DNA of 64,000 bases from an uncultured virus (IMG/VR IMGVR_UViG_3300027906_000005) (Duplodnaviria > Heunggongvirae > Uroviricota > Caudoviricetes), in the IMG/VR virus record IMGVR_UViG_3300027906_000005, one strand, 5' to 3'. The translations under genes and the position numbers were made by a program. Below the pieces are notes generated by a model, which was not told where the DNA came from, did not search any database, and worked only from the letters and a program-made list of their open reading frames with translations. Positions within the stretch are counted from its first letter, which is position 1. Every line of letters starts with the position of its first letter. Shown here piece after piece: positions 1 through 10,800 of this stretch.

Positions 1-2064
1 AATGTAGAGACAGATCCTAAGACAGGATTGGATGTAGCATCTACTAAGAAAGATGGTAAGCAACATAACTCTACTGAATCCAATAACCCTAGATCTGCTA
101 GTAAACAAGACTCAAAGAGCCAAGAGACAGGTGACAAGGATCAAAAAGTAAGTGTACAAATAGCTAACGGTAAGTGTGGAAGTGAGACTGCTACTAAGAT
201 AGAGGAGCCACTGAAAGACTTCATGAAGATGGCCAGGAAACTGGAAAAAAATTCTGCTGGAAAATTTCTCGATAAGGAATCAGGTAGAATTGTAGATCTA
301 CAAAAGGAGATCGCAGGAACTGCTGGTAGAATACAAACTAAACTTAATGGTTTGGTTGGTAACATCAAAGGAAAGGTGATGGATGAGACCAATAAAATGG
401 TCCAAGAGAAGTTAGATGAGATTAATATACCTAATCCAGACCTAGATCTTGAAGTTAAAGGTATATTAAAGGAGACTAGTGGTATAGTATCCTGTCTATT
501 CAAAGACATACTTGATCAGATGAAAGATTTCATCAAGGGTATGTTGAATGATTTACTTGAGAATGCTCTTGATTCTGCTCTATGTCTAGTTAAGGACTTC
601 ATCAATGAAATAATGAACAAGGTGATGAACTTAATAAGAAACGCTATGTCCATGATTGATGGCATAAGTGGAAAGATTAAGGATGCTGCTGATATGATTG
701 AAGGATTAATCAGTAAGACTGCTGACATCGCTGACCTATTCTGTGCACCTGATATTGGTTGTGCATTAGATGCTTCTATATTTGAGACTGGTTTCGGTCC
801 AAAGGCAAAGGGTAATGATGCCAAGCAAAAGAATGTAGATCAATATAAGTTTAAACCACCTGTATTTGGACAAGTTGTGGGTAGTGGTGTTCCTATAGCA
901 GGTAAAGTACCTTTCGTTAATAATCTTGGTGTTAAGCAGGTATTTGATACAGTCACTGGTACAACAGTTGCTCTAGATTCTGTTGCTGGTCTAGCATCAG
1001 GTATAACAGGAGCATCTTTTGATACTAAGAGTCCATTACAGAAGTTTGAGGGATTAAATTTCTATGGTGCTGATGGTAAACCTAATACTGCAACTCTTAA
1101 CTGTAGTCCTAGCATTAAGAATAAGAAACCATGTTTCCCTGAAATGGTATGGGATAACCTACAGTCTACCAGTCCAGTTAAGGCATTACCTATAATTGAT
1201 GATATTGGAACTATTCTTGGAATATACATGAAGAAGAAGGGTAGTGATATACTTAATGTTGAAGCACAAGCTCGTGCACAGTTCACATGTAATGAACCTG
1301 AAGGTGGTGGAGCACAATTTAGACCAGTCATTGTAGATGGTAAGGTAGATTCAGTACAAGTATTAAATGGTGGTATTGGATATGGATTTGATCCTTCATC
1401 AACATACTGTCCTAATGAACAGATGGTGGTACTTGTAAATAAATCTTCATTGGTCATGCATGTTAAAGATGGAGAAGCATTACGCTTAATTGCATATGCT
1501 GATGGAACTCCAGGTGAGAAGGAAGAAGTAATGCAGGTAGTTGATGTTGACTATAGTGAAGATTTGATTGAAATTTCTACCATTGATATGTCATGGGCAC
1601 ATAATGTGGATGTTGGTGTTAAACTTGTCACTAAGTCTAACCATGAGTTCACGTTGAACTATAATAAGAAGTATCCTGATCTAGTATTCCCGTCATCTGC
1701 AACTGCAATATGGGCTGGTTGTCCTGATCTTATACCATTACTTGACCAAATAGAAGTGGTCAATGTAGGAAGTGGCTACGTCAATCCAGTCATCACTATT
1801 GGTTCAGGGGTTGACAAACAGGAGATTGGGACGTATACTAAGGATTCCGAAGGCAAGTTACTTGAACCTAAACTCAATAAAAAAGTATTGGGATTCGTTA
1901 AACCAGTGATAGAGGATAAGGGTTACCCGAACGTTCCTGGTGCGGGTAGTGGAGCACAGATTTCACCTATATACTCTTACTCTGGACCTCAACAGATCAA
2001 GGAGACCAATATCCTTGAACTTCAGACCTACGTTGATTGCGTGGGAAAACCAACTTTTAACTAA
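1..2064 (+). CDS. Baseplate hub gp5-like protein, first part (5'-truncated; frame is open from base 1)
   Basis: Frame 1 is open from position 1. Helical middle section, then G-G-Y beta repeats. Lies directly before the gp5 spike ORF, as in T4-like cyanophages. Confidence 0.6.
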   Translation, partial: NVETDPKTGLDVASTKKDGKQHNSTESNNPRSASKQDSKSQETGDKDQKVSVQIANGKCGSETATKIEEPLKDFMKMARKLEKNSAGKFLDKESGRIVDLQKEIAGTAGRIQTKLNGLVGNIKGKVMDETNKMVQEKLDEINIPNPDLDLEVKGILKETSGIVSCLFKDILDQMKDFIKGMLNDLLENALDSALCLVKDFINEIMNKVMNLIRNAMSMIDGISGKIKDAADMIEGLISKTADIADLFCAPDIGCALDASIFETGFGPKAKGNDAKQKNVDQYKFKPPVFGQVVGSGVPIAGKVPFVNNLGVKQVFDTVTGTTVALDSVAGLASGITGASFDTKSPLQKFEGLNFYGADGKPNTATLNCSPSIKNKKPCFPEMVWDNLQSTSPVKALPIIDDIGTILGIYMKKKGSDILNVEAQARAQFTCNEPEGGGAQFRPVIVDGKVDSVQVLNGGIGYGFDPSSTYCPNEQMVVLVNKSSLVMHVKDGEALRLIAYADGTPGEKEEVMQVVDVDYSEDLIEISTIDMSWAHNVDVGVKLVTKSNHEFTLNYNKKYPDLVFPSSATAIWAGCPDLIPLLDQIEVVNVGSGYVNPVITIGSGVDKQEIGTYTKDSEGKLLEPKLNKKVLGFVKPVIEDKGYPNVPGAGSGAQISPIYSYSGPQQIKETNILELQTYVDCVGKPTFN

Positions 2065-2940
2065 ATGGCTGATCCAACCCTATTTTCTGGAGGTACAGAT
2101 TCTTCTAACACCCTACCACAGGTTAAGAAGAAATACCCTAAGGCATTTGTCCAAACGACATCGTGTGGACATTCCCTTGAAATGAATAATACTGGGGAAG
2201 GTGAACGTATTCGTCTTCTACATGGTACAAATGGTAATCTCATCAACATAGATGAGAAGGCAAATAACAATTTTGTCTCCCATAATGATACTTATGTTAT
2301 AACCGACCATAATCTAGTCATTAAGGTTGGTAAGGATATAAAGACTGATAAAGCCTGTGTTCAAATCATTGGTAATGTTAATCTTTATGTTGAAGGTGAT
2401 ATGCACAGTGAAGTTGAAGGTAACCGTTACGATACAGTAAATGGTAACTGGGAACAGAAGTGCAATGGCGTTATGAGTTTGAGAGCAGAAGAAAATTTTG
2501 CTATCACATCTCAGAATCAGATGAAATTAAAATCTAATTCATATGAGAACAAAACTACCTTCTTATACAATGACTTGACTGAAGGTGGCTCCATCAAGGA
2601 GGACGTTAAAGGTAATTATGAAGTTAAGATTGAAAAAGAAACAGCAACCTTCTCTGTAAAGAGTCAAGGTGATGTACGTATCAAAGCAGATATGTGTAGA
2701 TACGATAAAGTCGGTGGTAATTATATCACTGATGTAGGAGGCAAGATGAGAACCAATGTCGATGGCAATGGTCACACATGTATTAACGGTGGTGCATTCG
2801 ATGGAATGCTCTCTGGTCCTGCTTCAGCTAGTTATGATCTTAATGTTACTGGTGATACCAATAAAGTTACCAGTGGCAACTATGTAGTTAATGCTGGAGG
2901 CAACATAGATATGGATGCTTCTAACATTTATTTGAATTGA
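2065..2940 (+). CDS. gp5: Baseplate hub/spike gp5 C-terminal-like protein
   Basis: YP..VQTTSCGHSLEMNNTGEGERIRLLH matches the gp5 motif; V.G-type beta-helix repeats; ends in IYLN like a spike tip. Confidence 0.8.
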   Translation: MADPTLFSGGTDSSNTLPQVKKKYPKAFVQTTSCGHSLEMNNTGEGERIRLLHGTNGNLINIDEKANNNFVSHNDTYVITDHNLVIKVGKDIKTDKACVQIIGNVNLYVEGDMHSEVEGNRYDTVNGNWEQKCNGVMSLRAEENFAITSQNQMKLKSNSYENKTTFLYNDLTEGGSIKEDVKGNYEVKIEKETATFSVKSQGDVRIKADMCRYDKVGGNYITDVGGKMRTNVDGNGHTCINGGAFDGMLSGPASASYDLNVTGDTNKVTSGNYVVNAGGNIDMDASNIYLN

Positions 2941-2961
2941 TGGAAGTTTACAGTTACAAAG

Positions 2962-3192
2962 ATGACAACTTTTCACATGTCAGTTACAAAGCAAGAGGCT
3001 GTGTTCCTAAAAAGCATTCTTGCAAAGCACTTAGACGATTTCGTCGAAGAATTAGCTAGAGAAGATAAAGATAGACCGATGGAGCATTTATTGCAGAATA
3101 GAGAAGCAGGATTAGCACTACTAGACAAGGCAAAAGAAGTCAATAGACGTGCCAGTCGTGCAGGTGAACACCCATACTTTACAAATCTCTGA
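2962..3192 (+). CDS. Hypothetical protein
   Basis: 76-aa ORF in operon orientation. Confidence 0.6.
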   Translation: MTTFHMSVTKQEAVFLKSILAKHLDDFVEELAREDKDRPMEHLLQNREAGLALLDKAKEVNRRASRAGEHPYFTNL

Positions 3193-3206
3193 TCCTCTGC
3201 TATAAT
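3150..3206 (+). promoter_or_regulatory. Palindrome plus sigma70-type early promoter
   Basis: TGCCAGTCGTGCAGGTGAAC (3150-3169), TTTACA 3178-3183, 17-bp spacer, TATAAT 3201-3206. Confidence 0.7.
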
Positions 3207-3234
3207 TTCTTTATTCGCCTCGTCCCTGAAAACT

Positions 3235-3420
3235 ATGTTTTTTGACCCTGATGATGAATACCTTGATAAGGTGACGGTTGACATTCCATCTAAAAGGTTT
3301 ACACTACTAAGTAGTGAAGGAAACACCAAGATCATTGATTGTGATGATGGTGACCAATTCCTGCGTATTCTTGATGTCGTTCGAGAATCATGTAAAACTG
3401 ATGAAGTAGTCTACGTCTAA
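3235..3420 (+). CDS. Hypothetical protein
   Basis: 61-aa ORF just after the promoter; stop overlaps the next start. Confidence 0.7.
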   Translation: MFFDPDDEYLDKVTVDIPSKRFTLLSSEGNTKIIDCDDGDQFLRILDVVRESCKTDEVVYV

Positions 3421-3920
3421 TGTCTTATAACAAAACTTATTCTGAAATTAAACAGATCCTCAAGGATAGCAAGAGGATCTCTAAAGCAACCATGCTTAAG
3501 ATTGCTAAGTTAGCAATTCTTGAAACATTAGGAGAGGAACGCTCTGCTGATGTAGAGGTTACATGGGATTCTAAATTAGGTGATGACCTGATGTTAGACT
3601 CATTGGACATGGTAGAACTTGTCATGTTCTTGGAAGAATGTTTTGGTGCTGAGATACCAGACGAGATGGCATATGAAATTGTCACCGTTGGGGATGCTAT
3701 TGAAGTAATCAAGAAAGCAAAGGCACAGAAAGGTAAGAAGAGAAAGAAAGTTAATCTAGCAGAGAAGTATAAGAATAAGTCTAAAGTCTCAGTTGCAGAG
3801 GGTAGTCCATTTGCAATGAAGAAACCTTTGAGTGGACTGAATCCTACATTACCTTCAAATGCTGATATTGAGAAAGCACTAGACGAAGCTAACGATGAAG
3901 ATAACTCAGAAGATAATTGA
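3420..3920 (+). CDS. acpP: Acyl carrier protein domain protein with N- and C-terminal extensions
   Basis: DLMLDSLDMVELVMFLEECFGAEIPDE..TVGDAI is the ACP signature, with the phosphopantetheine Ser intact. Confidence 0.85.
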   Translation: MSYNKTYSEIKQILKDSKRISKATMLKIAKLAILETLGEERSADVEVTWDSKLGDDLMLDSLDMVELVMFLEECFGAEIPDEMAYEIVTVGDAIEVIKKAKAQKGKKRKKVNLAEKYKNKSKVSVAEGSPFAMKKPLSGLNPTLPSNADIEKALDEANDEDNSEDN

Positions 3921-4062
3921 TGACCTCACTGAGGCATTAGCACACACTAAGAAGAGTGGTGAGGAAAATTGGAAGGATGGTGATGAGATAGATGTCTGTC
4001 TCGGTGGTACATTTGCCAATGATAAATTCATTAGTCTCATCAATAGATCTAAAGAGAAATGA
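3895..4062 (+). CDS. Small hypothetical protein (55 aa, not in ORF track)
   Basis: MKITQKIIDDLTEALAHTKK...RSKEK; ATGA overlap with the next gene. Confidence 0.65.
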   Translation: MKITQKIIDDLTEALAHTKKSGEENWKDGDEIDVCLGGTFANDKFISLINRSKEK

Positions 4063-4775
4063 GTAAGAAGGTATTCTGGAGTTATACTATAGGTGATGGT
4101 AGTCAACCAGGAAGTCCTAAGAATGATACTTTCCCTGATGAGTTCTATGAAGCACCAGCAAAGTATAGATCTGGGTATGATATGCAATATGATCATGCCA
4201 AATGTCCTGCATGGAAAAAATATACTGATAATAGTTGGGTAGTTAAGCAACCATTTGATGTAGGTTTCAATTGTAATACTAAAGAAGGTAAACTTGCTAC
4301 TGATTTAACTCAGTTAGCATATGATCAATACTTTCATCTAGGACAGGGTTGGCTTAAAGCACAATACCCTGAGATTCAGATGAAGTATTCCATCATCTTA
4401 TGGACAAAGGAAAAGGATGTATGGGTAGAACAATTACCACATCCATTACTTTCTAGGGTTGGTCTGGAATTAATACCAGCAACATTCCCAATATCAGTAT
4501 GGCATAGACCAATGGTTGTTGGGGTGAAAATCCTAGATCTTAATCAAAACTTAATGTTAAAGAAGGGTACACCACTGTATATCTTCAGATTATTGTCTAA
4601 GCATGGAGACCATGAGTTCATACTTGAAAAGAGAGAACCACCTGCCGAGTGGCATAGACTACAACGTCAACAAAATATTTTACGTGAATTTGCTCCATTT
4701 AAGTCATGGGATATAATCACCAAACGATTGGAGAACAAAGAGAAGAAATTCAGGTGTCCGTTCAAATGGAATTAA
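4059..4775 (+). CDS. Hypothetical protein, possibly dUTPase-like beta fold
   Basis: 238-aa ORF; KCPAW and KKGTPL motifs. Fold is a guess. Confidence 0.6.
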   Translation: MSKKVFWSYTIGDGSQPGSPKNDTFPDEFYEAPAKYRSGYDMQYDHAKCPAWKKYTDNSWVVKQPFDVGFNCNTKEGKLATDLTQLAYDQYFHLGQGWLKAQYPEIQMKYSIILWTKEKDVWVEQLPHPLLSRVGLELIPATFPISVWHRPMVVGVKILDLNQNLMLKKGTPLYIFRLLSKHGDHEFILEKREPPAEWHRLQRQQNILREFAPFKSWDIITKRLENKEKKFRCPFKWN

Positions 4776-5197
4776 GACCATTATTTGAAGGTTGGTTTGA
4801 GGGTGAGTTTGACAATTGGACTCAGGCAGCATCTAATCCTACTAAGTGGGCACATATATTTGTGACACATGAGAAGATAGATGATCACAAGTATCTCACC
4901 AAATCTCGGTATAACTATATGAATACACCATATAGAGAACAGGTGGTAGAAGTTACTGAACCTGATGTATTAGGTGATAACACTGGTATTATAATAGTAA
5001 AGAATCCAGCATGTGATATGATATTCTCTTGGAATAGTGAGGACTATTGCTTTGATGGTATATCCCAAGAGGGGTGTACATTTAAGGATAAACCACTCGA
5101 TAGTAAAGCAAAATTATTCCCAACAGAGTACCATACATGGGATAAAGGGTACTGGCATGGTAGTGAAGGATTTTTTACATTCGTGAAGAAGTTATAA
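4766..5197 (+). CDS. cpeT: CpeT/CpcT-like phycobiliprotein lyase (start moved to ATG 4766)
   Basis: FEGEFDNWTQAASNP, PYRE, ACDM.F, TWDKG..WHGS match T-type bilin lyase motifs. Confidence 0.85.
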   Translation: MELRPLFEGWFEGEFDNWTQAASNPTKWAHIFVTHEKIDDHKYLTKSRYNYMNTPYREQVVEVTEPDVLGDNTGIIIVKNPACDMIFSWNSEDYCFDGISQEGCTFKDKPLDSKAKLFPTEYHTWDKGYWHGSEGFFTFVKKL

Positions 5198-5200
5198 ATA
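5193..5200 (+). promoter_or_regulatory. T4-type late promoter TATAAATA
   Basis: Exact consensus 28 bp upstream of the structural gene at 5229. Confidence 0.8.
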
Positions 5201-5228
5201 GACTTGAACGTTTTATTGTGGACTGCTT

Positions 5229-6809
5229 GTGGCAACACGTAAGATATCTGACCTTACATTATTAGAAGCAGGAGATGTATCTAGCTCTGATACTTTACTA
5301 TTGCTTGATAACTCTGATCCAACAGATCAGAATAAACGATCAGCAGTAGGAAGTATATTTCGGGCAGTACCTTCTGGTACCTACTCTGTACCTGGTGTAC
5401 AGTTTGAACTAAAGACAAGGACAGGTTTATTCTCTGAAGCTCAGGGACAAATAGGTCTTGCGATGGGTGACGCAAGGTTAAACCTACAAAAGGTAGGAAG
5501 TACACTCAATATTCAAGCACAAGACAGTGCTGATACGAACTTAGACTTTACTATATCTGCTCAAGGAACAGGTATGATAAGACTAGGTTCTGTCCTAGCG
5601 ATTACAGATACTTTATTTGTAATACCGAACTCCTCAGATAATACTAAGATCGGTAAGTTTAGTACAGCAGATATTCCAACAGGTGTAGTTCATACTTATG
5701 TCCTACCTTCTAATGGTGCTGTTGCAGCTGCTGATACATTAGTCACTTTAGGTGCTACTCAAACACTTAACAACAAAACTCTCAATAACGCATCGTTTAC
5801 TGGTACTCTATCCGTTGAAACGGTTTCGGTAACTGGTAATACAACTCTTGGTAATGAAGCTAGTGATCAACTAACAGTTAATTCTGCTGCAGGATTCAGT
5901 GCTGCTGCAACATTCTCTAACACTGTTGTTATGCAGCAAACACTCGCAGTGACGAGTGATATAACTGCAAGTGGTCACATTGACATGGTTGATGATAAGA
6001 TCATCAAACTAGGTACTGATGACGACCTACAAATAAAATATACAAACAGTGGTGATGCATCTTCCATCTTAGATACATCTACTGGACTAACTGTTGGTGG
6101 TGCTGATGTTCAGATCACCGATGCAGCAGGTACTGTCAAGTTCTTCAAAGGAAATGCTACTAATAGTATAGTATATCATAATGATGCAGCTCGCATTACT
6201 ACATCAGCAACTGGTATTAACATAGGAGGAGCTATAGATGCTGTCACATCCATCACTGGTAGCGGTGACATTACTATCGCTACAGATAAGTTTACTTTGG
6301 CTAGTGCTAGTGGTAATGCAGTCTTTGGCGGCACGATAACAGCAAACGGTACTGGTAATTACCAATTAGGTACTGCTGCTTCAGCGAAACTAGGTATTGG
6401 ACGTGCACCTGTTACATATAACCTCGAAGTTGAGGGGTCTATATATTCTACAGGTTCTTCTATTATTGCTGGTAATGCATCTGCTGGTAAGTTTATCTTA
6501 CAGAAATCAGTTGCTGGTATTGGTTTACACTTTACTGATAATACTGGTACAGATCAAGCAGTAATTGATGCAAGCGGTAACTTCGGTGTTGGTAAATCAC
6601 CAACTAAAAAGTTTGAAGTATCTGGTGATTCTAATATCGATGGAGATTTAGCAATCACAACTACCAATCCTTCTGCAGGGACAGGTGGTAAAATTACTGC
6701 TAGAGAAATTGTTCTTACTGATCCTCAAACAAGTGCATCTACTACATTAAATGCAGCAACATCTGGAGGAGTCTCCAGAGCAAAAGTTTACTTCCACTCT
6801 TTTAATTAA
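5229..6809 (+). CDS. Virion structural/tail fibre-like protein
   Basis: N-terminal KISDLT..L.LD motif, Thr/Gly/Ser-rich beta repeats, downstream of a late promoter. Confidence 0.7.
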   Translation: MATRKISDLTLLEAGDVSSSDTLLLLDNSDPTDQNKRSAVGSIFRAVPSGTYSVPGVQFELKTRTGLFSEAQGQIGLAMGDARLNLQKVGSTLNIQAQDSADTNLDFTISAQGTGMIRLGSVLAITDTLFVIPNSSDNTKIGKFSTADIPTGVVHTYVLPSNGAVAAADTLVTLGATQTLNNKTLNNASFTGTLSVETVSVTGNTTLGNEASDQLTVNSAAGFSAAATFSNTVVMQQTLAVTSDITASGHIDMVDDKIIKLGTDDDLQIKYTNSGDASSILDTSTGLTVGGADVQITDAAGTVKFFKGNATNSIVYHNDAARITTSATGINIGGAIDAVTSITGSGDITIATDKFTLASASGNAVFGGTITANGTGNYQLGTAASAKLGIGRAPVTYNLEVEGSIYSTGSSIIAGNASAGKFILQKSVAGIGLHFTDNTGTDQAVIDASGNFGVGKSPTKKFEVSGDSNIDGDLAITTTNPSAGTGGKITAREIVLTDPQTSASTTLNAATSGGVSRAKVYFHSFN

Positions 6810-6814
6810 TAACC

Positions 6815-7825
6815 ATGGCTACTAAGCAAAATGGTGTTCTTGCTACTTTTACGCCAACAGTAACACCGTATACACATTCTACTCAAACAGCGACCTCACT
6901 TGCTATAACAACACAAGGATGGCCAATGTATACTTGCCCTGGTGCGACCATGGTTAGTGGAAAATTATTAATCGCAAATAATACTGGCAGTGCTGCTACT
7001 GTTGATGTAGCAATTGTAGAACAAACAGATATCATTCAGTTAGATGCAGTGGCTAACCAACCAGGTGCCCCAGATAACTTTACAGGATTTTCTTTTCCAA
7101 CAGGACAATATACGTCATCTATTATAATTGAAGGTGCTGCAGCATCAGGAACATTTCAGGCTGGGGAAGTACTGAACTGGACTAATGCTAGTGAGTCTAC
7201 ACCAGCTCAATCAGCATATGTACAGCATTGGGACTCAGGTAACAGTAAGTTGTGGGTAAGAGGATTGTCCAGAGCTCAGGCATTAGAACCTGATAACACT
7301 ACAATAACATATACTGGTGCAACATCAGGAGCAACAATTGCTTGTGGTATTGCTCATGCTGGTAGTGGAATTGTAAGAGGACACTCTGGTAAAATTAAAT
7401 TCTTTGACAACTTGAGAGGTACCATCTACTTTGATAACCATGAGTTTAGGAACAACCTAGACTATAGTTTAGGAAAGTTTGGTGATATTAACCAAGAGGT
7501 AAGAGTTCTTAGTAACAACAACCTACAAAGATCTCTTGCTAATCGTTGGAGACCAGTAGCAACTACGGTTGAAAGGAGAGCTGCTTCCAACACAACTCCT
7601 GCAACAGAGTTTATTGATGCTAATGGTGTAGAACTATTAGTTTCTGGTGTTAGTCAAGTTGCTGCAGAGCAACTCATCGTCAATCAGAAGTCAATTGCTG
7701 ATGACGCTTATCTTGAACTGGGTGGAATAGTACTTGGTGCTTATCAATCATTATATGTTAAATCAACCGCTGCTGTTTCTGCAACCTTAATCGGATTTGA
7801 AGAAGTAGCTGAGGTAGCTTCATAA
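6815..7825 (+). CDS. Virion structural protein (tail-associated)
   Basis: 336 aa, beta-rich, within the late structural operon. Confidence 0.6.
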   Translation: MATKQNGVLATFTPTVTPYTHSTQTATSLAITTQGWPMYTCPGATMVSGKLLIANNTGSAATVDVAIVEQTDIIQLDAVANQPGAPDNFTGFSFPTGQYTSSIIIEGAAASGTFQAGEVLNWTNASESTPAQSAYVQHWDSGNSKLWVRGLSRAQALEPDNTTITYTGATSGATIACGIAHAGSGIVRGHSGKIKFFDNLRGTIYFDNHEFRNNLDYSLGKFGDINQEVRVLSNNNLQRSLANRWRPVATTVERRAASNTTPATEFIDANGVELLVSGVSQVAAEQLIVNQKSIADDAYLELGGIVLGAYQSLYVKSTAAVSATLIGFEEVAEVAS

Positions 7826-7842
7826 CCTAGGTATTATAAAAG

Positions 7843-10800
7843 ATGGCACTTACAAGACTTAAAAACGTCTTTACATCAAAAACTGGACGTTGCCTATATG
7901 TCAACTCTGATGATTTTGATGCATCAGACGCATTTGACAATAGAGGTAACTCACCTAACCGTCCCTTCAAGACAGTTCAAAGGGCATTATTAGAATCTGC
8001 TAGATTTTCATATCGAAGTGGACAATATAATGATGCTTTTGAGGCATTTAGTATTGTATTATATCCTGGCGATTACGTAATTGATAACAGACCAGGCACT
8101 AATGCAAGTGGTCAGGGGTATAGTGCTACAGATATTAGTGAATTAAGTGCTGCTAGTGACTTTGATCTAGTAGATGCTAGTGGTAATCCTAATCCAAACA
8201 ATGTTCTCTATAGATTTAACTCTGTAGAGGGTGGTGTTGTTGTACCTAGAGGTACATCCATCGTTGGTATGGATTTAAGGAAGACAAAATTAAGACCATT
8301 ATATGTACCTGACCCTGCTGCAGGTGCTATTGATCAAGCAGCAATCTTCAGAGTAACTGGTGGTTGCTATTTCTGGCAGTTTAGTTTCTTTGATGGACCT
8401 TCTACAGGTGTATATAAAGATCCTGCACAGCCATCTGCATCATCACCACCTACATTCTCTCACCATAAACTAACTGCATTTGAGTATGCTGATGGTAGAA
8501 ATGTACAAACAGGTGTTAATGATACCTCAGGTAATGCTCTAGCTGTAACTGACCTAGACTTATACTATCAGAAGGTTGCTAAGGCATTCTCTGATATTCC
8601 TGATTCTACTAGTGTACTGTCTGCTGATGAATTACAGTCAAGAGTAGAAGAAAATAGAATTGTTGGACCTAATACATCTGGTCCTAAACAGATATCCAGT
8701 ATCGTTACTGACTACGTTAACACAAACGTATTCACAACAACTGCTGAGGTTACCTGTTCAACTGCTCATGGTTTCTCAGTTAACACACCAGTACTTGTTA
8801 GTGGTGTAACAGGAACCGATGCTTCAAGGTTTAATGGATCATACTATATTAGTGAGATCCCAACAACTACAACCTTCAGATATATTATCAAAGACCCTGC
8901 AACTGGTGCACCATCTGGTAACCCAACTGCTACAGGTGCTACTGTTGAGGTTGAAGTTGATAACGTAGATAGTTCATCACCATACATATTCAACTGTTCA
9001 CTCCGTAGTACATGGGGTATGCAGGGTATGCACGCTGATGGTAGCAAGTCAACTGGATTCAAATCCATGGTTGTTGCCCAGTTTACTGGTGTATCACTAC
9101 AGAAAGATGATAATGCATTCATCAAGTGGGATGGATCCTCATATATTGCAGGATCACACACTGATGGAGACAGTATATTTAAGACTGCATATCGTAACCA
9201 TCATGTTAAGTGTTCAAATGATGCTGTTATTCAAGCTGTATCAGTCTTTGCTGTTGGTTTCGCTGACCACTTTGTTGCCACAGGTGGTGGTGACCAGTCA
9301 ATTACGAACTCCAACTCCAACTTTGGTTCTTGTGCTCTAAGAGCAAAAGGATATAAGAGTGCCCCATTCACACAGGATAAAGCGGGTACGATTACACATA
9401 TTATACCACCACAAAAGTTAGCAAGGACTTATACTCAGGTAAGTGGATATACATTTGCTGCTACTCAAGATAATAAGACAGTAACACCTACTCCTGCTAA
9501 TAATAGTCATGGTATTCTTGCTGGATCCTATGCTAGATTCAATACCATTGATAACACTGAGGCTTATTATGTCTCTGCTGTTAACTCAGGTACTGGTGTT
9601 TTAACCCTCAATAGAGGTTATCGTGGCAGTACAAATGGTAGTGAAGTAGCATTTAGTTCCACTGTTAATGAAATACCAGTTGGTTATGTAGCATGTGATG
9701 TACAAAAGATACAATATAATGCTGCTGGTACAAGTATTAACCAACCATGGACAGCAAGTGCAGGATTTAATACTGATCTAGGTCAGTATTCTTGTACCTA
9801 CGGTGGTAATGCATACTACTCAGCACAATTAGCTGCTGCATCTGGTACTGTAACAGGTGGTACTGTAGCTCCAACACATACTTCAGGCACTGCATCTGAT
9901 GGTGCAATTGTATGGTCATATATTGGTGCAGTAAACACTAGATTATATCTCTATGGATATAATTCTGCTGCTACTAAGCCACCATATAAACTACAAGGTT
10001 TCAATATTGGTGCTAGAAAACAGGATAAGATCCTTGTTTCTTTAATTGAATCATCAGCAACAGTAATATTTGGTGCATTAATATCACCTGATGCTAGTGC
10101 AACACCTGCTGATAGTGCATTCACTAATGTAACTAAAGAATCTTACACACCTGGTGACACTAATCATCCATTACAATTTGATACTCAATTAAATTGCTGG
10201 TATATTAGAGTTACTGCTGCAAGTTCTGGATCAGCTACTGTACATGCAAGTACAGGATATAGAGGTATACATGAGCACTTAGGTTCAGATACATTCTATA
10301 CTAATGCATTGTTCACGGGTGCATCATACATGCAACGGGTTCCTGATAACAGATCTTCAAGGGACAGAACATACAGAGTACGTTATGAAGTAGATAGTTC
10401 TCCATCTGCATTGTCAAGAGAACCTATCAATGGTTATGTTATTCAACCAAGAAACGTACCTACAGGTCAGTCATATGGTGATGTTTATTACATCTATGAC
10501 ATCAAGACCGAACAAGAATTGATTAAATCAGTACAGAATGGTATCTATTACTGTACTGTCATTAAAGGTAGTGTATCTCCTACTAATGCTAACGTTAATA
10601 CATTTGCATTCTCGCAGAATATTAACAACCTTTATCCTGTATTGGATAAGGATAACCCACTGGAGGATCCAGGTGAGGCAACATCTGTTGCAAGTAACAC
10701 TGTTGTTGGTTTAGTTACTACCACTGATGGTAGTAATGAAGATAAGTCACTCTCAATTACTAAGGAAGTTATTGGTGACTTCATCTTAGAAAATAGAAAC

